IMG/VR virus record: IMGVR_UViG_3300023174_000079
Location: 1-64,000 of that record
Reading direction: 5' to 3' (one strand)
DNA: 64,000 bases
DNA from: a virus
Part shown: piece by piece, positions 7,666-18,609 of the stretch
Numbering within the stretch: the first letter of the stretch is position 1
How the letters are laid out: each line of letters begins with the position of its first letter
Notes under the pieces: model-generated
What the model saw: only the letters and a program-made list of their open reading frames with translations
Database searches by the model: none
What the model was told of the DNA's origin: nothing
Made by a program: the position numbers and the translations under genes

Positions 7666-8025
7666 ATGAAATTGTTAACTCCTTTCCTCAAGATTCAAAA
7701 TCAGCTAAGAATCTTTCACTGGCAGACCTCTAGTTATGCCCAGCACAAGGCTTTTGGAAAGGCTTATGAGAATCTCGATGGTTTTATCGATGAGTTTGTT
7801 GAGATTTTTATGGGTAAGTACGGTCGTTCTAAAGCAGCTACTAGTTATAGTATTGAATTAGATAACCTTGGGAACGATTATCTTGAAGTTGTTAATAGTT
7901 TTATCGCCTATCTTATTAGTATTACTGATGAAGTCGACTCTGTTAACGATACTGATCTTCTCAATATTCGTGATTCTATGGTTGGTGAGCTCAATCGCTT
8001 GAAATATCTTCTTACGCTCAATTAA
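7666..8025 (+). CDS. ferritin/Dps-like four-helix protein (DUF5856-like)
   Basis: QLRIFHWQTSSYAQHKAFG...DEFVE...GKYGR...LNRLKYLLTL. Late promoter at 7651-7656. Confidence 0.75.
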   Translation: MKLLTPFLKIQNQLRIFHWQTSSYAQHKAFGKAYENLDGFIDEFVEIFMGKYGRSKAATSYSIELDNLGNDYLEVVNSFIAYLISITDEVDSVNDTDLLNIRDSMVGELNRLKYLLTLN

Positions 8026-11000
8026 GCGGTCACGTCGTATCCCCAAGTGTATGTATTATCGTTGATATCGATACGACCTGCAGCAGAGCCAACTGCTGTA
8101 TAGGTATTGAGATACGGGCTACCGACTCTTATACTATTTGGTAGTTGGTTGCTGAAATTTATATTATAAACATCTGTTGCAGGCTTGTGTAGTGTACAGG
8201 TTATATTGTGTACATCGTTTTGTGTGTATTGGAAGCGTATTGTAATTATGTAGAAGCAATTAGCTGTATCTTTTCCAAGATACGTAAGTGTATATAATCC
8301 GGTTTCCTTACTATAGTTAAGAGTTGGCTTTTCAATTTTTACTATGTTTAACTCTAATCCTTTTCCGTATAAAGAGAAAGCGCTTAATTCGCTAAAGGTC
8401 AAGCTAGAGTCGTTCTTTTGCGGAAAGATTTGATTTATTTGCTCGGTAACCAAATCAAGTATATATATTGTTGGATATATAGCTTTGTAATTTGAAGCGC
8501 TCAAGTTATTATGGTGCAGTGTGGTAGCTGCTACGGTGAGTAAATTTGTGTCTTCATCAAACCAGACAGTTGAAAACTTTTCAAGTTCAGGCTGATTGCC
8601 GCGATTTAAAATAATAGGAGGTGTCCGTGAAGTTGTAATAGCGTTCACATTATAGTCATATTGTAGCTTATTGAAAATTAAATAATTCTCCGTTTCAATC
8701 TGTAAGGTATCAAAATAAACGTCAAAGTTAATTGTATTACTATACACTTCATTTTGTATAGCACTGGGTAGAGATGCAAAGACTGCACTCAATGCTGTAG
8801 ATAGTGGTCCGGTGAAGGTGCTGTTAGCGTTTCTAAAATAGAACTCCCCGTGCTCGATATTTTTTGTATAGTAGAGAGAATTCTTTGTTACATTAATACC
8901 GGAGAGTGACTGATTAAGGACGGTATCAGTATTAGCAAGTCGGGCGTTAACAAAGTTTGTTGGTTCGTTATATTGATAATTATATGTGATTACATCACAC
9001 GGTCCGGCGTTAATGTTATAATCCCAGAATGCACCGCCATCGTATGTATCTGTAATATAAAAATTGTTTAAACTATCGCTTAGGAATTGAGCTTGATCGG
9101 TAAAATTCGCTACCCCTATTGGACTATTGGGCTGAGGCGCACCATCGGCAAGAGTATTATAGTAGAGATAGGAGTCTGTTGGTGTATAGCCGCTTTGATC
9201 GCTCGGAACGTCTGGTAATAGGGTATTATCTGGTTTTGTAAAGTTTACCCCGTCACCTACTGAGCAATCGTAAGTATCAGGATTTGCGTATCCGTATGCT
9301 GTATCATTTGTTTTAAAGTCATATGATTCTAGTACTAATGCTATTCCACCATCGTTAAATGTAGCTCCATTATCTAGATAACTTGTACCGTATATAGTTG
9401 TTGTAGGCTGTGCATTATAAATTGGTATATTACCACTGCTATCAACATGCTCGTCGATACTCGTTTTTAACACGACACCGGAGTAGTTAAGAGTTGTTCC
9501 ATAAGGAATATAGTTAACATTCTGTACGTTTGTTTTAGCTACATACCAACCAGGCCAGTTTGCATCTGCTGCAGTTAAATTAAAGACAAAGCTATCAAAA
9601 ACAAAATCTAAAAATTTAGTGGCGTGGGTGATAGTGTTAAATTGTTTATTTACGGCTGATTTATAAAGGCCGTACTGATTACCGTAAATATCACTCTTAA
9701 ACTGTACAAGGGTTTTATTTATCGGTAAAAGTGTACTCTCTCTCTGATCAATAGGAAATTGATTAATCAGTACAAGTGGATAAACATCAATATTACTCCA
9801 TATTGTATCTTGATCCCCGGTAAAAAAGTCCTGAGGATCAGCGTATCGCTGAATACCAAAATCAGTATAGTTTAATGTCTGTTCTCGTGTCTGATATGCT
9901 CTAAATGTCTGAAAACATGGATCACTTATCACATCACCCATTCTATATTGATTACTATAATCAATTTTATTAAAATAATTTTCTTCTAAAAATGTTAGTG
10001 GTGACTGAAAATCGAGTTTTGTGTTACCAGAGATATTACCATATTTCGATGGATCTGGGAAGTAGTAAACAGAGTTTGGTTGCAGTTTGGCTAGGTCAAT
10101 TTTTGATGTAAAATTGAAGTTTGTAAAATTAGCTATACCGATTTTATCAGGTTTAAAAAATAAGCCGATTTCTTTTTCTGTCTTTAAAAATTCTTGACTC
10201 GGAACAGCTGCAATAGTGGGATAGCGCTTATTAAGAAAATTTGCATAGTCATTATTTGCTGTAAAGAGGACACCAGAGGTAAATGTAGAGTTAGTGCTAG
10301 TGGCAATATAATAAAAATCTGTTCCGATGTACTTACTAATTTCCTGACTTATGGTTTGTAAATTGAGGTTATTAATGTTACCGTCATTAACAGTAGATAT
10401 GAAATCACTATCTTTGAGTAAATTGAGTTGATTGGAGTTTACTAACGGGTCAATTGTAAAATTATTAGTACCGAGCTCAATAGCATAAAACGGATAGCTA
10501 AGAATAGCTTTAACAATACTCTGATTAATATTAAGAAAGAGATAAGGGTCAATTTCAGACTGATTAAGGCTAAAGAAATCATTTCTTAATCCGGTAGTTA
10601 CATTATAAGCGGAAGCTGGTAAAGTCGGGCTTATATCGTAGTAATCAGTATACGTGTCGTACAGATCCTCAATATCAATATTAATATTACCACTAATATT
10701 TGATATAGGTAAATTAAGCGTGCTTAACTTTGTTGCAATGTCTTTGGTTTGAAGAGCGTTGACAAAGCTAACATATAGTAAATTCTCAATACCTAAATTT
10801 GAACCCTTGAGATTGTATTGTAATGTTGCAGTTTGAGCTTCATCGCGTAGGGTACTATAGTAAATACAGATATCTTTTATTTTTTTAGCAATGAACGGAA
10901 CAATAATTGCTAGATCACGGCTATTGGTAATATCTATATTTTGAAGATATCTTTGCTCGTCATCTGATGTATAATTGAGTACGATTTCGTTGATTAAATT

Positions 11001-11246
11001 TGTATAATAGGCCTGTACACCAGCAGAAGCCTGTTCAACGCTTACGCCCTTAGCAGCGTACCAGTTATTAAGATAGGATTGGTATCGATTTAGGAATTCG
11101 CCTGTTGTTGTGAATAATTGTGTATTATACTTGAGCCAATCGGTAAATGTAAGAGGCTGTAAACGATCAATAGGATCGGCTGGTGGTACGATCGCGGTAA
11201 TCGAATTGCTGAGTCTTTCATCTATAAATTGTAGGGTCTCGGCCAT
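8022..11246 (-). CDS. large baseplate/tail structural protein
   Basis: 1074 aa, N/T/Y-rich. Late promoter 5 nt upstream. Follows the gp25-gp6-wedge cluster. Confidence 0.65.
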   Translation of the reverse strand: MAETLQFIDERLSNSITAIVPPADPIDRLQPLTFTDWLKYNTQLFTTTGEFLNRYQSYLNNWYAAKGVSVEQASAGVQAYYTNLINEIVLNYTSDDEQRYLQNIDITNSRDLAIIVPFIAKKIKDICIYYSTLRDEAQTATLQYNLKGSNLGIENLLYVSFVNALQTKDIATKLSTLNLPISNISGNINIDIEDLYDTYTDYYDISPTLPASAYNVTTGLRNDFFSLNQSEIDPYLFLNINQSIVKAILSYPFYAIELGTNNFTIDPLVNSNQLNLLKDSDFISTVNDGNINNLNLQTISQEISKYIGTDFYYIATSTNSTFTSGVLFTANNDYANFLNKRYPTIAAVPSQEFLKTEKEIGLFFKPDKIGIANFTNFNFTSKIDLAKLQPNSVYYFPDPSKYGNISGNTKLDFQSPLTFLEENYFNKIDYSNQYRMGDVISDPCFQTFRAYQTREQTLNYTDFGIQRYADPQDFFTGDQDTIWSNIDVYPLVLINQFPIDQRESTLLPINKTLVQFKSDIYGNQYGLYKSAVNKQFNTITHATKFLDFVFDSFVFNLTAADANWPGWYVAKTNVQNVNYIPYGTTLNYSGVVLKTSIDEHVDSSGNIPIYNAQPTTTIYGTSYLDNGATFNDGGIALVLESYDFKTNDTAYGYANPDTYDCSVGDGVNFTKPDNTLLPDVPSDQSGYTPTDSYLYYNTLADGAPQPNSPIGVANFTDQAQFLSDSLNNFYITDTYDGGAFWDYNINAGPCDVITYNYQYNEPTNFVNARLANTDTVLNQSLSGINVTKNSLYYTKNIEHGEFYFRNANSTFTGPLSTALSAVFASLPSAIQNEVYSNTINFDVYFDTLQIETENYLIFNKLQYDYNVNAITTSRTPPIILNRGNQPELEKFSTVWFDEDTNLLTVAATTLHHNNLSASNYKAIYPTIYILDLVTEQINQIFPQKNDSSLTFSELSAFSLYGKGLELNIVKIEKPTLNYSKETGLYTLTYLGKDTANCFYIITIRFQYTQNDVHNITCTLHKPATDVYNINFSNQLPNSIRVGSPYLNTYTAVGSAAGRIDINDNTYTWGYDVTA

Positions 11247-11263
11247 GGAAATATTTAGCTATT

Positions 11264-14200
11264 TTAGCTGTTGTACGTAATGTTAGCAGCTGAAGTAAAT
11301 AACCGCAGCCCCATAGTCAGCTCATAGCTAAGTAAGCTTTGTACTATACCGCTATCTGAGCTCCAATTACTATAGGAACTATTAGTAGGAGATAGTGTTG
11401 TGTAGGGATCATTCCAATTAATAACGTTATCATAATACGTATTATTAAAAACCGGATTATAGTTATAAAATTTATAGAAATTATTAATTTGTGTACCAGT
11501 AATAGTATCTGGTACAACTAATCCCCAACCCCAGTCGGGTATATATGAGGATAATGGTATAACCTCATCTGTGTTATAGTAAGCAATAAGATTATTATTA
11601 ATAAGCTTAAAATTATCAGAGAATAACTCCTGTGCTACAATAGGTGTTCCATTTGTAAATACGCCCGTGAGCGGGTCAATTTGTGATCCTAAATTAACAC
11701 CGTATGTACTATTAGATATAATTGTACCTTGGGTGTTAAAATTTTGTGTAAATTTATTATTATTACCCCAGAGTGTGCTTTGTTTGATGGAGAGTAAATC
11801 TACTAAACGACGAAGCTGTGGAGGTAAGGTGAGATTGTATTGATCAAACTCTACTGTTAGCTCTTGACAAAAAGAAATTAATTCATTAATATTAGCTTTT
11901 GATATATCGGCGTTATTATTAACAAAGTTTGCAATCTTTTCGTATACTGTTTTACCAAGCTCGTAAGGCTGGGCATCTAACCCACCTACAATAGCTCCTA
12001 GAAATTGATCAAAGAAAACTTGTTTATCGAGAAGAGTCTCTTGATAGCGTAGGGAATCATAAAAACCTGCTGCATTCCAATTTTCATTAACCTTAGCGAT
12101 ATTATACTGACCGGTACTGGGATAGATATTAAAGAGATTAGAAGCTCCTGTAATAGTACGAATTGTACTAACGGGGGCTGCATACTTGTTTAACCAATTA
12201 TAACCATTCCAGTCACCATATGCTTGAAATTCTTTGAGACCGTCACTATAGCCGTATTGATTGTTAGCTACATTAATTGGTGTTGTGTAGCTACTAATTA
12301 CAGGTAGTCCTGTTGTAGGGTAAGTTAGTGGTAAGGTATATTTCGGATTTAACACATCTGTTGTGATTAAATTTGCATCAAAAACATACAGGTTTTTATC
12401 AAAATTATTAATGACCCAGATATCGTTTGATGTGTCACATGTTATACCACCAATGCTACAAATATAGTTTGTAGTATTATTGCCAAGACCGGCTATATAA
12501 TTAGTTGTTTGTTTTGTAACGCCGTCGATCTTAGTAAGTGTTTCGGCTCCTTGAATGACCCAGGCATTTTGATTACCGTCAATAGTAAGATTACCAATTT
12601 GTTGAAATCCGCTTAACGGGAAACCAGATATTAAATTACCGCTGATATCAAATTTGTAGAGATAGTCATTTCTATTACTAAAACCAATACCTTGGGAATT
12701 ATGGTTAATAGCTGTGACCCAGACGTTACTATTTCTGTCAATCTGAATTTGTTCAGGTGATATGCCACTTGGGAAAATAATTGACGTAAGAATTGTTGCA
12801 GTTGTCGTAAAATTATTTTCTCCTTGATATTTTATTAAGGCACTGTAATCAGGGTGAGTATAAGCGACCCAGAGATTATTATCAATATCTGTATCAATAG
12901 AAGATGGGAGATATAAATCTTCTCCAGCAAAGCCGCTCAGACTATTATAATCTGAGCTCAGCGTAGTTACATTGGTTGCAGTTGTCGGTGACGCTATTGT
13001 TGTAACGAGCCCTGATGCAGTATCAAGCTTAATTACCACGCCGCTATCGATAAGAGAAGCCCATAGATTGTTTTTTCTATCTAGTGTGAGGTCGTTTGGT
13101 GAGGCGGCTGAAAGACTATTAAGAGTGAACGGATAGCGGTAATCAACAATTGATGTTTGGTTATTAACAAGGGTAACCATTGCAGATAATTGATATGTCG
13201 TTAAGAGATTGCCGTAGATATCATATTTTAATATTTGGTCTCCTACAGGGTCGGCAAACCAAGTTTGATAATCATTATCAGCTCCTGCTCCTGATGGAGC
13301 TACAGCTAAGGCATAAACGTTATTTGCATTTATATTAAATTTTGCACTGTTTGAAAATGTAATAGTGGTGAGATTATTATACCCGTTAATATTTTCTTGA
13401 CGAAGAACTCTAATAGCAGAATCGTACTGTGGAATAGTTATCCAATTAATAAGTGTGTCTTTGAGGTAATAAGGTTGGTCTTTAACATTAACAGAGGCTG
13501 TTAGATAGCAATTTTCTGTACTTTGTGAAGCGATAAAATATCCCTTATAGAAGGCACCAATTGATTGTGGTACCTGTGAACTAAAATCTTCGTAAAATTT
13601 GACACCGTCAAGTATGAAGGGCCCACCTGAGACGGCACTAAGTGTCGTGTATATAATGGTACCAACAGTAAAATCAGTATACGGTAGTCCGATACCGTTA
13701 TTGTATAGACTAGTTACTTCAGCTTCAGATAAGGCTCGGCTCCAAACGCCAGTTTCATCAATGCTTCCCCAAAATGAAGCATCTGGAGGTGTAGCAACGG
13801 AAGTATATTCATCACCACCGATTCCCCAAAAAGTATCTATATTCGCTAAATTCCCCAACCAAGCGCTATTGCTATCTACAATACTCCCATCAACATAAAA
13901 AACAATTGTAGAACCATCGTATGTTAATACAAGATGATGCCAATTATTGTCTCCATAATCAAATGGCTCTGATTGAAAAGCATTCTCATCGCCGTTGATG
14001 TAATAAAACAACCCACCATAAGGAGGGTTGATGTTTATGTTGGCTATATTTGATCCACCACCACTAGGGCCAGATTGACCAACTATTGTTGCTTGAGATG
14101 TGTTTGCATAATCTGCGTTATCATATTTAACCCATACAGATATAGTAAAGGCGGAACGACCGCCAAGAGTAAAAGAATTATTCGATAGATAATTGCCACT

Positions 14201-15553
14201 CCCATTATATACAGCACCATCGCTAATAATACCGGTTCCATTGGCAACGCCACCGTTGTTTGTTAGTGTATAACCATTTCCAGTAGAATCAGACCAACTA
14301 GAGTCATCTAGTGTCCAGTAAGCTAAGAGATTGTCAGGTAATGTGTTGGGTTCGTAGCTTGTTACTTGATATGTATATGTCGTCGTCGGATTATATACAA
14401 CAACATCTGTCTGAACATCATAGTAGAGTTGCGGTGTGATAGAGGGGTTCTGTACTACGGAGGAGGATAGAGGTGGGTAGTTTTTTGTGGTAAAATCTTC
14501 AGAATCCTTAAATTTAATAACGTATGGAATTTCTGTATCCTGCCAGCTAATAGGCGGTATATCAAAGGTATGATCCACAGGAGTACCTTCTCCATCTATA
14601 CCGGTAGTAGTGATTGAAAGATGATCTGCAGGATTATAACGAGTCTTAACACTAGCAAATACTGCAGGATCTATATTTTGAAACCCCTGTGGTGGGTAGC
14701 TAATATAGTCAAATGCGTTTGTACGGTAGGTAAATGCATCGTTAAATTTTGAATTATCAATTGATGCGAAAATTATAATAGGACTACTCTCTGTTAATAA
14801 ATTTGTCGGTATATCATCTGTATACCAGAACTGACATGATCCTGTGACCCCAGTTAATACGCTTCCAGGGTCTGTGGCATTACAACGTTGAAGTTGATTG
14901 TTTTGTATATTGGCGTAAATTTCTGTTACTGTAGGTTGTATGCTCTCAATAGTAACGTAATCGATGTTTCCATTAATAGTTGAAAGAGTATAAAAGCGAC
15001 TCAACGTTCTGAGATGCGACCATTTGTCGAGTCGAGTTTGTGGTATGTAATTATATGCACCGCGGGCTCCAGAGGCATATAAATTAATTGTATATCCCAT
15101 GGCGCTAAGTGCGGGGTAGTCTTGCCAGCTAAAATATGTATTAATCGTTAGTGGGTCAATTAATTTACCAACAGGTATATCGTAAATTAAGCTTTTGTAA
15201 TCCTGAAATGCAATTTGTGTTGATATGTAATTAAAAATCTGAACAGTAGCTGAATACGTGCTATCGTATGCGTTACCAAAGCTATCGAAAATTGTTAACG
15301 TGACGTTGTATATACCCGGCCATTGATAATGGTGGGTTGGGTTTAATTCAGTTGATGAACTACCGTCACCAAAATCCCAATGCAGTGTCTTATTTGATAT
15401 GTTTGTAGCTCCAGAAAGAACCGAGGAGGTAGTAAAGTCTGGTATAAAGGTAAGCGGTGTATTGCTTAGAGTATACGAAGATAATACGTTGCTGTTAGTA
15501 TAGTCAACAACATCATAATAAATGTATGTGTAGTTGGGTGTTATTGTTGACAT
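11264..15553 (-). CDS. baseplate wedge-associated protein with PKD, LamG and beta-propeller domains (gp7-like position)
   Basis: WDFGDG...HHYQWPGIYNVTL (PKD). FTISVWVK...WHHLVLTYDG...IDETGVWSRALS (LamG). Repeated DxxNNLWV blades (NHL-like propeller). Confidence 0.75.
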   Translation of the reverse strand: MSTITPNYTYIYYDVVDYTNSNVLSSYTLSNTPLTFIPDFTTSSVLSGATNISNKTLHWDFGDGSSSTELNPTHHYQWPGIYNVTLTIFDSFGNAYDSTYSATVQIFNYISTQIAFQDYKSLIYDIPVGKLIDPLTINTYFSWQDYPALSAMGYTINLYASGARGAYNYIPQTRLDKWSHLRTLSRFYTLSTINGNIDYVTIESIQPTVTEIYANIQNNQLQRCNATDPGSVLTGVTGSCQFWYTDDIPTNLLTESSPIIIFASIDNSKFNDAFTYRTNAFDYISYPPQGFQNIDPAVFASVKTRYNPADHLSITTTGIDGEGTPVDHTFDIPPISWQDTEIPYVIKFKDSEDFTTKNYPPLSSSVVQNPSITPQLYYDVQTDVVVYNPTTTYTYQVTSYEPNTLPDNLLAYWTLDDSSWSDSTGNGYTLTNNGGVANGTGIISDGAVYNGSGNYLSNNSFTLGGRSAFTISVWVKYDNADYANTSQATIVGQSGPSGGGSNIANININPPYGGLFYYINGDENAFQSEPFDYGDNNWHHLVLTYDGSTIVFYVDGSIVDSNSAWLGNLANIDTFWGIGGDEYTSVATPPDASFWGSIDETGVWSRALSEAEVTSLYNNGIGLPYTDFTVGTIIYTTLSAVSGGPFILDGVKFYEDFSSQVPQSIGAFYKGYFIASQSTENCYLTASVNVKDQPYYLKDTLINWITIPQYDSAIRVLRQENINGYNNLTTITFSNSAKFNINANNVYALAVAPSGAGADNDYQTWFADPVGDQILKYDIYGNLLTTYQLSAMVTLVNNQTSIVDYRYPFTLNSLSAASPNDLTLDRKNNLWASLIDSGVVIKLDTASGLVTTIASPTTATNVTTLSSDYNSLSGFAGEDLYLPSSIDTDIDNNLWVAYTHPDYSALIKYQGENNFTTTATILTSIIFPSGISPEQIQIDRNSNVWVTAINHNSQGIGFSNRNDYLYKFDISGNLISGFPLSGFQQIGNLTIDGNQNAWVIQGAETLTKIDGVTKQTTNYIAGLGNNTTNYICSIGGITCDTSNDIWVINNFDKNLYVFDANLITTDVLNPKYTLPLTYPTTGLPVISSYTTPINVANNQYGYSDGLKEFQAYGDWNGYNWLNKYAAPVSTIRTITGASNLFNIYPSTGQYNIAKVNENWNAAGFYDSLRYQETLLDKQVFFDQFLGAIVGGLDAQPYELGKTVYEKIANFVNNNADISKANINELISFCQELTVEFDQYNLTLPPQLRRLVDLLSIKQSTLWGNNNKFTQNFNTQGTIISNSTYGVNLGSQIDPLTGVFTNGTPIVAQELFSDNFKLINNNLIAYYNTDEVIPLSSYIPDWGWGLVVPDTITGTQINNFYKFYNYNPVFNNTYYDNVINWNDPYTTLSPTNSSYSNWSSDSGIVQSLLSYELTMGLRLFTSAANITYNS

Positions 15554-15561
15554 TCGTAGTA

Positions 15562-17430
15562 TTAGTTAACTAGAGATTGAATAGAGGGGGTATTAACGAC
15601 AATTTGATTAATAAAATTAGTCGCGTCCTTAAGATACGGAAACTTAAAGTAAGGTAACGGTGTGTTCTGTGAATGTACACTTATATCGTTGTAGGGGTAG
15701 ATGGGATTGTAAATTAACAAGCTAACACCCGGGACTTTAGTAATCTGACCGTTAGCGTCTGTATATTGTGTTGAGACGCTTGTAACACCTTCAATACCTA
15801 AGATTTGATTAGTTATTTCATTTATATCAATAAGAAGACCGAGGTTATCGTTTGTAGTAGCAAAATAATTTGCAAAGACACCGGCAATTAACTTCTTAAT
15901 CGCTACAGCGTCGTTTCTAGATGTAATGTCTCGGGTAACTACTAGATTAGTACTATTGGCAACCGAAGGCGTAAGAGCAATATTAGGTGTATTGACACCA
16001 AGTGCCACCTCAACATAAACAGGGTCATTAACGATTAATTCGGCTGTTGTTAGCTTAACGTTCTGAAGATCGTTTAAGATAAGTTGTTTCTGTGCGTTAT
16101 TGAGATAGTTTACTCTTGTAGTAAGAGAAGATATTTTTACTAGTTTTGGTACTGCGTAGATATATACGTTGTTGAAATTACTCGTATCAGCAAATTTCAC
16201 TTGATTAAAGAGTACTCGAGATTGAACGTTAGGTTTTGTTACACCGAGATCAAAATAGTATTTTAAATGACCGGAGATATAATCCCAATTACTTACAACA
16301 CGGGTCGATGTAATTACATTACTAAAGTTTTTATTGATATAGTTAGTAAAATCATCAGGTGTAATAAGTCTGTACTGACTTCTAAAAGTATTTGGTGCAT
16401 TAAGCTTAATGCTAGCTGCGTTTTCAGCGGCAATAAAATTAGTAGAAGGATCAGTATTCGAAAATGTAATATTAGAGGACTGCTGCGACGTGATGATGTT
16501 TAAATTTACCGGTATTACATCAGCTTTAATATTATTAAAACGCTGGGTATTAAAATAGAATAAAGGCTTGCTATTCAATAAGCCTGGTCCAACCTGACCC
16601 TTTGTACCAGCGGATTCAAGATAATAAATTGCAACCTGCGCGTTAGGAATAAGCTGTTGACCGGTTACATTATTACCAAACTTAATTTCATAGCGACCGT
16701 TTTCGTTTAATCTTATTTCATATTTTGTGGCAGTTGATTTTTCCAAGAAAAGAGATTGCGTTGGCGTCCAGAGAGACCATTTTGCATTAGGATCGATACT
16801 ATTCTTTACATATACATCAATATTAAAGTGATCGACAATTACATTTTGTGCGTTAGTGCCAACAACGGTTAGTATAACGGTTTCAAAAGGAGCTCCGGCT
16901 GCAAGATACGCTGGGTATTCAGTGTACGTACCTTGATAGAGTAGATTATTATCTTGTAGTTCTGTAAGAACTGTAGATGTATTGTTTGTGCTATTGCTTG
17001 TAAATGTTACGTCTTTATTAAAGGAATAGTTGGTACCATTGATATTGAAATACGAATAGCGTGGAATGGTATACGTACCGTTAGGTAGATTATTATTCGC
17101 AGAAGCCTTAAACGGTAAAATAGCTGTTTGATAGCCAATAGGATTATATCCAATAAGTTTAACGATCTTATTAATATTTTCGTAAAGCTCAGCTGTAGAG
17201 AACGTTGCTTCAGCGCTTGTTCTGTTCAAATAAAATAACAGAACGTGATAGGCATAGGCAATGATATCAATAACGGAGGATAAATTACTACCCTCAAAAC
17301 GCTGATCGGTATAAGCGTTTGTTGAATTAAGCCTTGCAATAATAAGGTTTTTTAAACTCAACGCATCAAATGCTGCGTACCCATTTACAGGTAAATTGAA
17401 ATCATTAAACTGGTTGTTATTTGTAGCCAT
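15562..17430 (-). CDS. gp6: baseplate wedge subunit gp6
   Basis: FEGSNLSSVIDIIAY, YEIKFGNNVTG and RLITPDDF motifs. Directly downstream of gp25. Confidence 0.88.
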   Translation of the reverse strand: MATNNNQFNDFNLPVNGYAAFDALSLKNLIIARLNSTNAYTDQRFEGSNLSSVIDIIAYAYHVLLFYLNRTSAEATFSTAELYENINKIVKLIGYNPIGYQTAILPFKASANNNLPNGTYTIPRYSYFNINGTNYSFNKDVTFTSNSTNNTSTVLTELQDNNLLYQGTYTEYPAYLAAGAPFETVILTVVGTNAQNVIVDHFNIDVYVKNSIDPNAKWSLWTPTQSLFLEKSTATKYEIRLNENGRYEIKFGNNVTGQQLIPNAQVAIYYLESAGTKGQVGPGLLNSKPLFYFNTQRFNNIKADVIPVNLNIITSQQSSNITFSNTDPSTNFIAAENAASIKLNAPNTFRSQYRLITPDDFTNYINKNFSNVITSTRVVSNWDYISGHLKYYFDLGVTKPNVQSRVLFNQVKFADTSNFNNVYIYAVPKLVKISSLTTRVNYLNNAQKQLILNDLQNVKLTTAELIVNDPVYVEVALGVNTPNIALTPSVANSTNLVVTRDITSRNDAVAIKKLIAGVFANYFATTNDNLGLLIDINEITNQILGIEGVTSVSTQYTDANGQITKVPGVSLLIYNPIYPYNDISVHSQNTPLPYFKFPYLKDATNFINQIVVNTPSIQSLVN

Positions 17431-17436
17431 AATGTA

Positions 17437-17937
17437 TTATTGAGAAGTATAAGCAAACCCTGAAGTACTTAATACACCGTTCAGGTAAAAACTAGTTGTA
17501 CCAATTGACGGTACTCTAAAGGTAATTGTTATGGTATACTGTTGGTATTCAGGTTGCGCGATAACAGTAACTTTAATTAAAGAAATTCTCGGCTCAAATG
17601 TCGAAATACCTCTTACAATTTCATTACCGATTAAATTTGCCATATCCTCGTCACATGACTCGAAGAGATATTGAACTAAATTTAAACCAAAAAAGGGATT
17701 AAGAATTTTTTGACCCGGAATAGTTAAGAACAAATTTTTAATAGAATTTTTTATAGCACCGAGGTCATAATCCGCAACAATATCAACGATTTCTGCATCT
17801 TTTAATAGCTCGTTATGCTGGGTATAAGAGCCATAAGGTGGATTGCGGTATACCGGTGTAAAATCTAAATGTAAATCACTGTATGTATAGCCGTTGTTTG
17901 TCTTTTCAGCTAGTGAATTAAGTTTGATAGTCGCCAC
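17437..17937 (-). CDS. gp25: baseplate wedge subunit gp25
   Basis: YSDLHLDF, AIKNSIKNLFLTIPGQKILNPFFG and FEPRI motifs. GTG start at 17937, 5 nt after TAAATA (ORF track gives 17967). Confidence 0.9.
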   Translation of the reverse strand: MATIKLNSLAEKTNNGYTYSDLHLDFTPVYRNPPYGSYTQHNELLKDAEIVDIVADYDLGAIKNSIKNLFLTIPGQKILNPFFGLNLVQYLFESCDEDMANLIGNEIVRGISTFEPRISLIKVTVIAQPEYQQYTITITFRVPSIGTTSFYLNGVLSTSGFAYTSQ

Positions 17938-18009
17938 ATATATATTTATTAGTGTTTTACGTTTCAATACATTGGTTTATTGGTCCTTGGACAATAAATA
18001 ATATTACAC

Positions 18010-18609
18010 ATGAATAAGCGTTTTTTAAAGCTCTATGAAAGCTGGTTAACCCGATATAACCACGGTGGTTTTCTTCAGGGTGATATTGTTAAGTTTAAGG
18101 TCAATGCTTTAAAGCACGATTTCGTCGAAACCCAGGCTGGCGACCTCGTTAAGAATATTGAAGACTTGATCAAGGATGGCCGTACTCTTAGGGTCACAAA
18201 CGTTATTAATAAATTTCCTGCCGTCATGGGTACTGGTAACCCTGATAATACAGGCCCGAACTTTACGGTAGAGGTGGGTCTCGATGAAGGTGGCGGGAGA
18301 ATTTACAAAACAGCTATTGTACACGTCGGAATGCTTGATAAGATTGATACTGTCCCTGGACTTGAAGAGGTACCTGACAGAAACAAGTACGACAATAAAA
18401 TTAAGATTAAGCCTGTTGAAGTTAAAGACGAAGCTGAAGAAGTTCCCTTCTATTCACCGGCTCGTACCCGTACAGCTGATCTCGGTGGTAATAAATTAGC
18501 ACCTACAGAGTCTAAACTCAAGAACGTTAATACTACTATTCCTTCAGGTAAGAATTATATTGATAAGGATCCTGCTGTATATACAGCGAAGTATCTTCCT
18601 AAAGCTTAA
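18010..18609 (+). CDS. hypothetical late/virion protein
   Basis: TAAATA late promoter upstream. N-terminal FLKLYES motif. Confidence 0.65.
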   Translation: MNKRFLKLYESWLTRYNHGGFLQGDIVKFKVNALKHDFVETQAGDLVKNIEDLIKDGRTLRVTNVINKFPAVMGTGNPDNTGPNFTVEVGLDEGGGRIYKTAIVHVGMLDKIDTVPGLEEVPDRNKYDNKIKIKPVEVKDEAEEVPFYSPARTRTADLGGNKLAPTESKLKNVNTTIPSGKNYIDKDPAVYTAKYLPKA

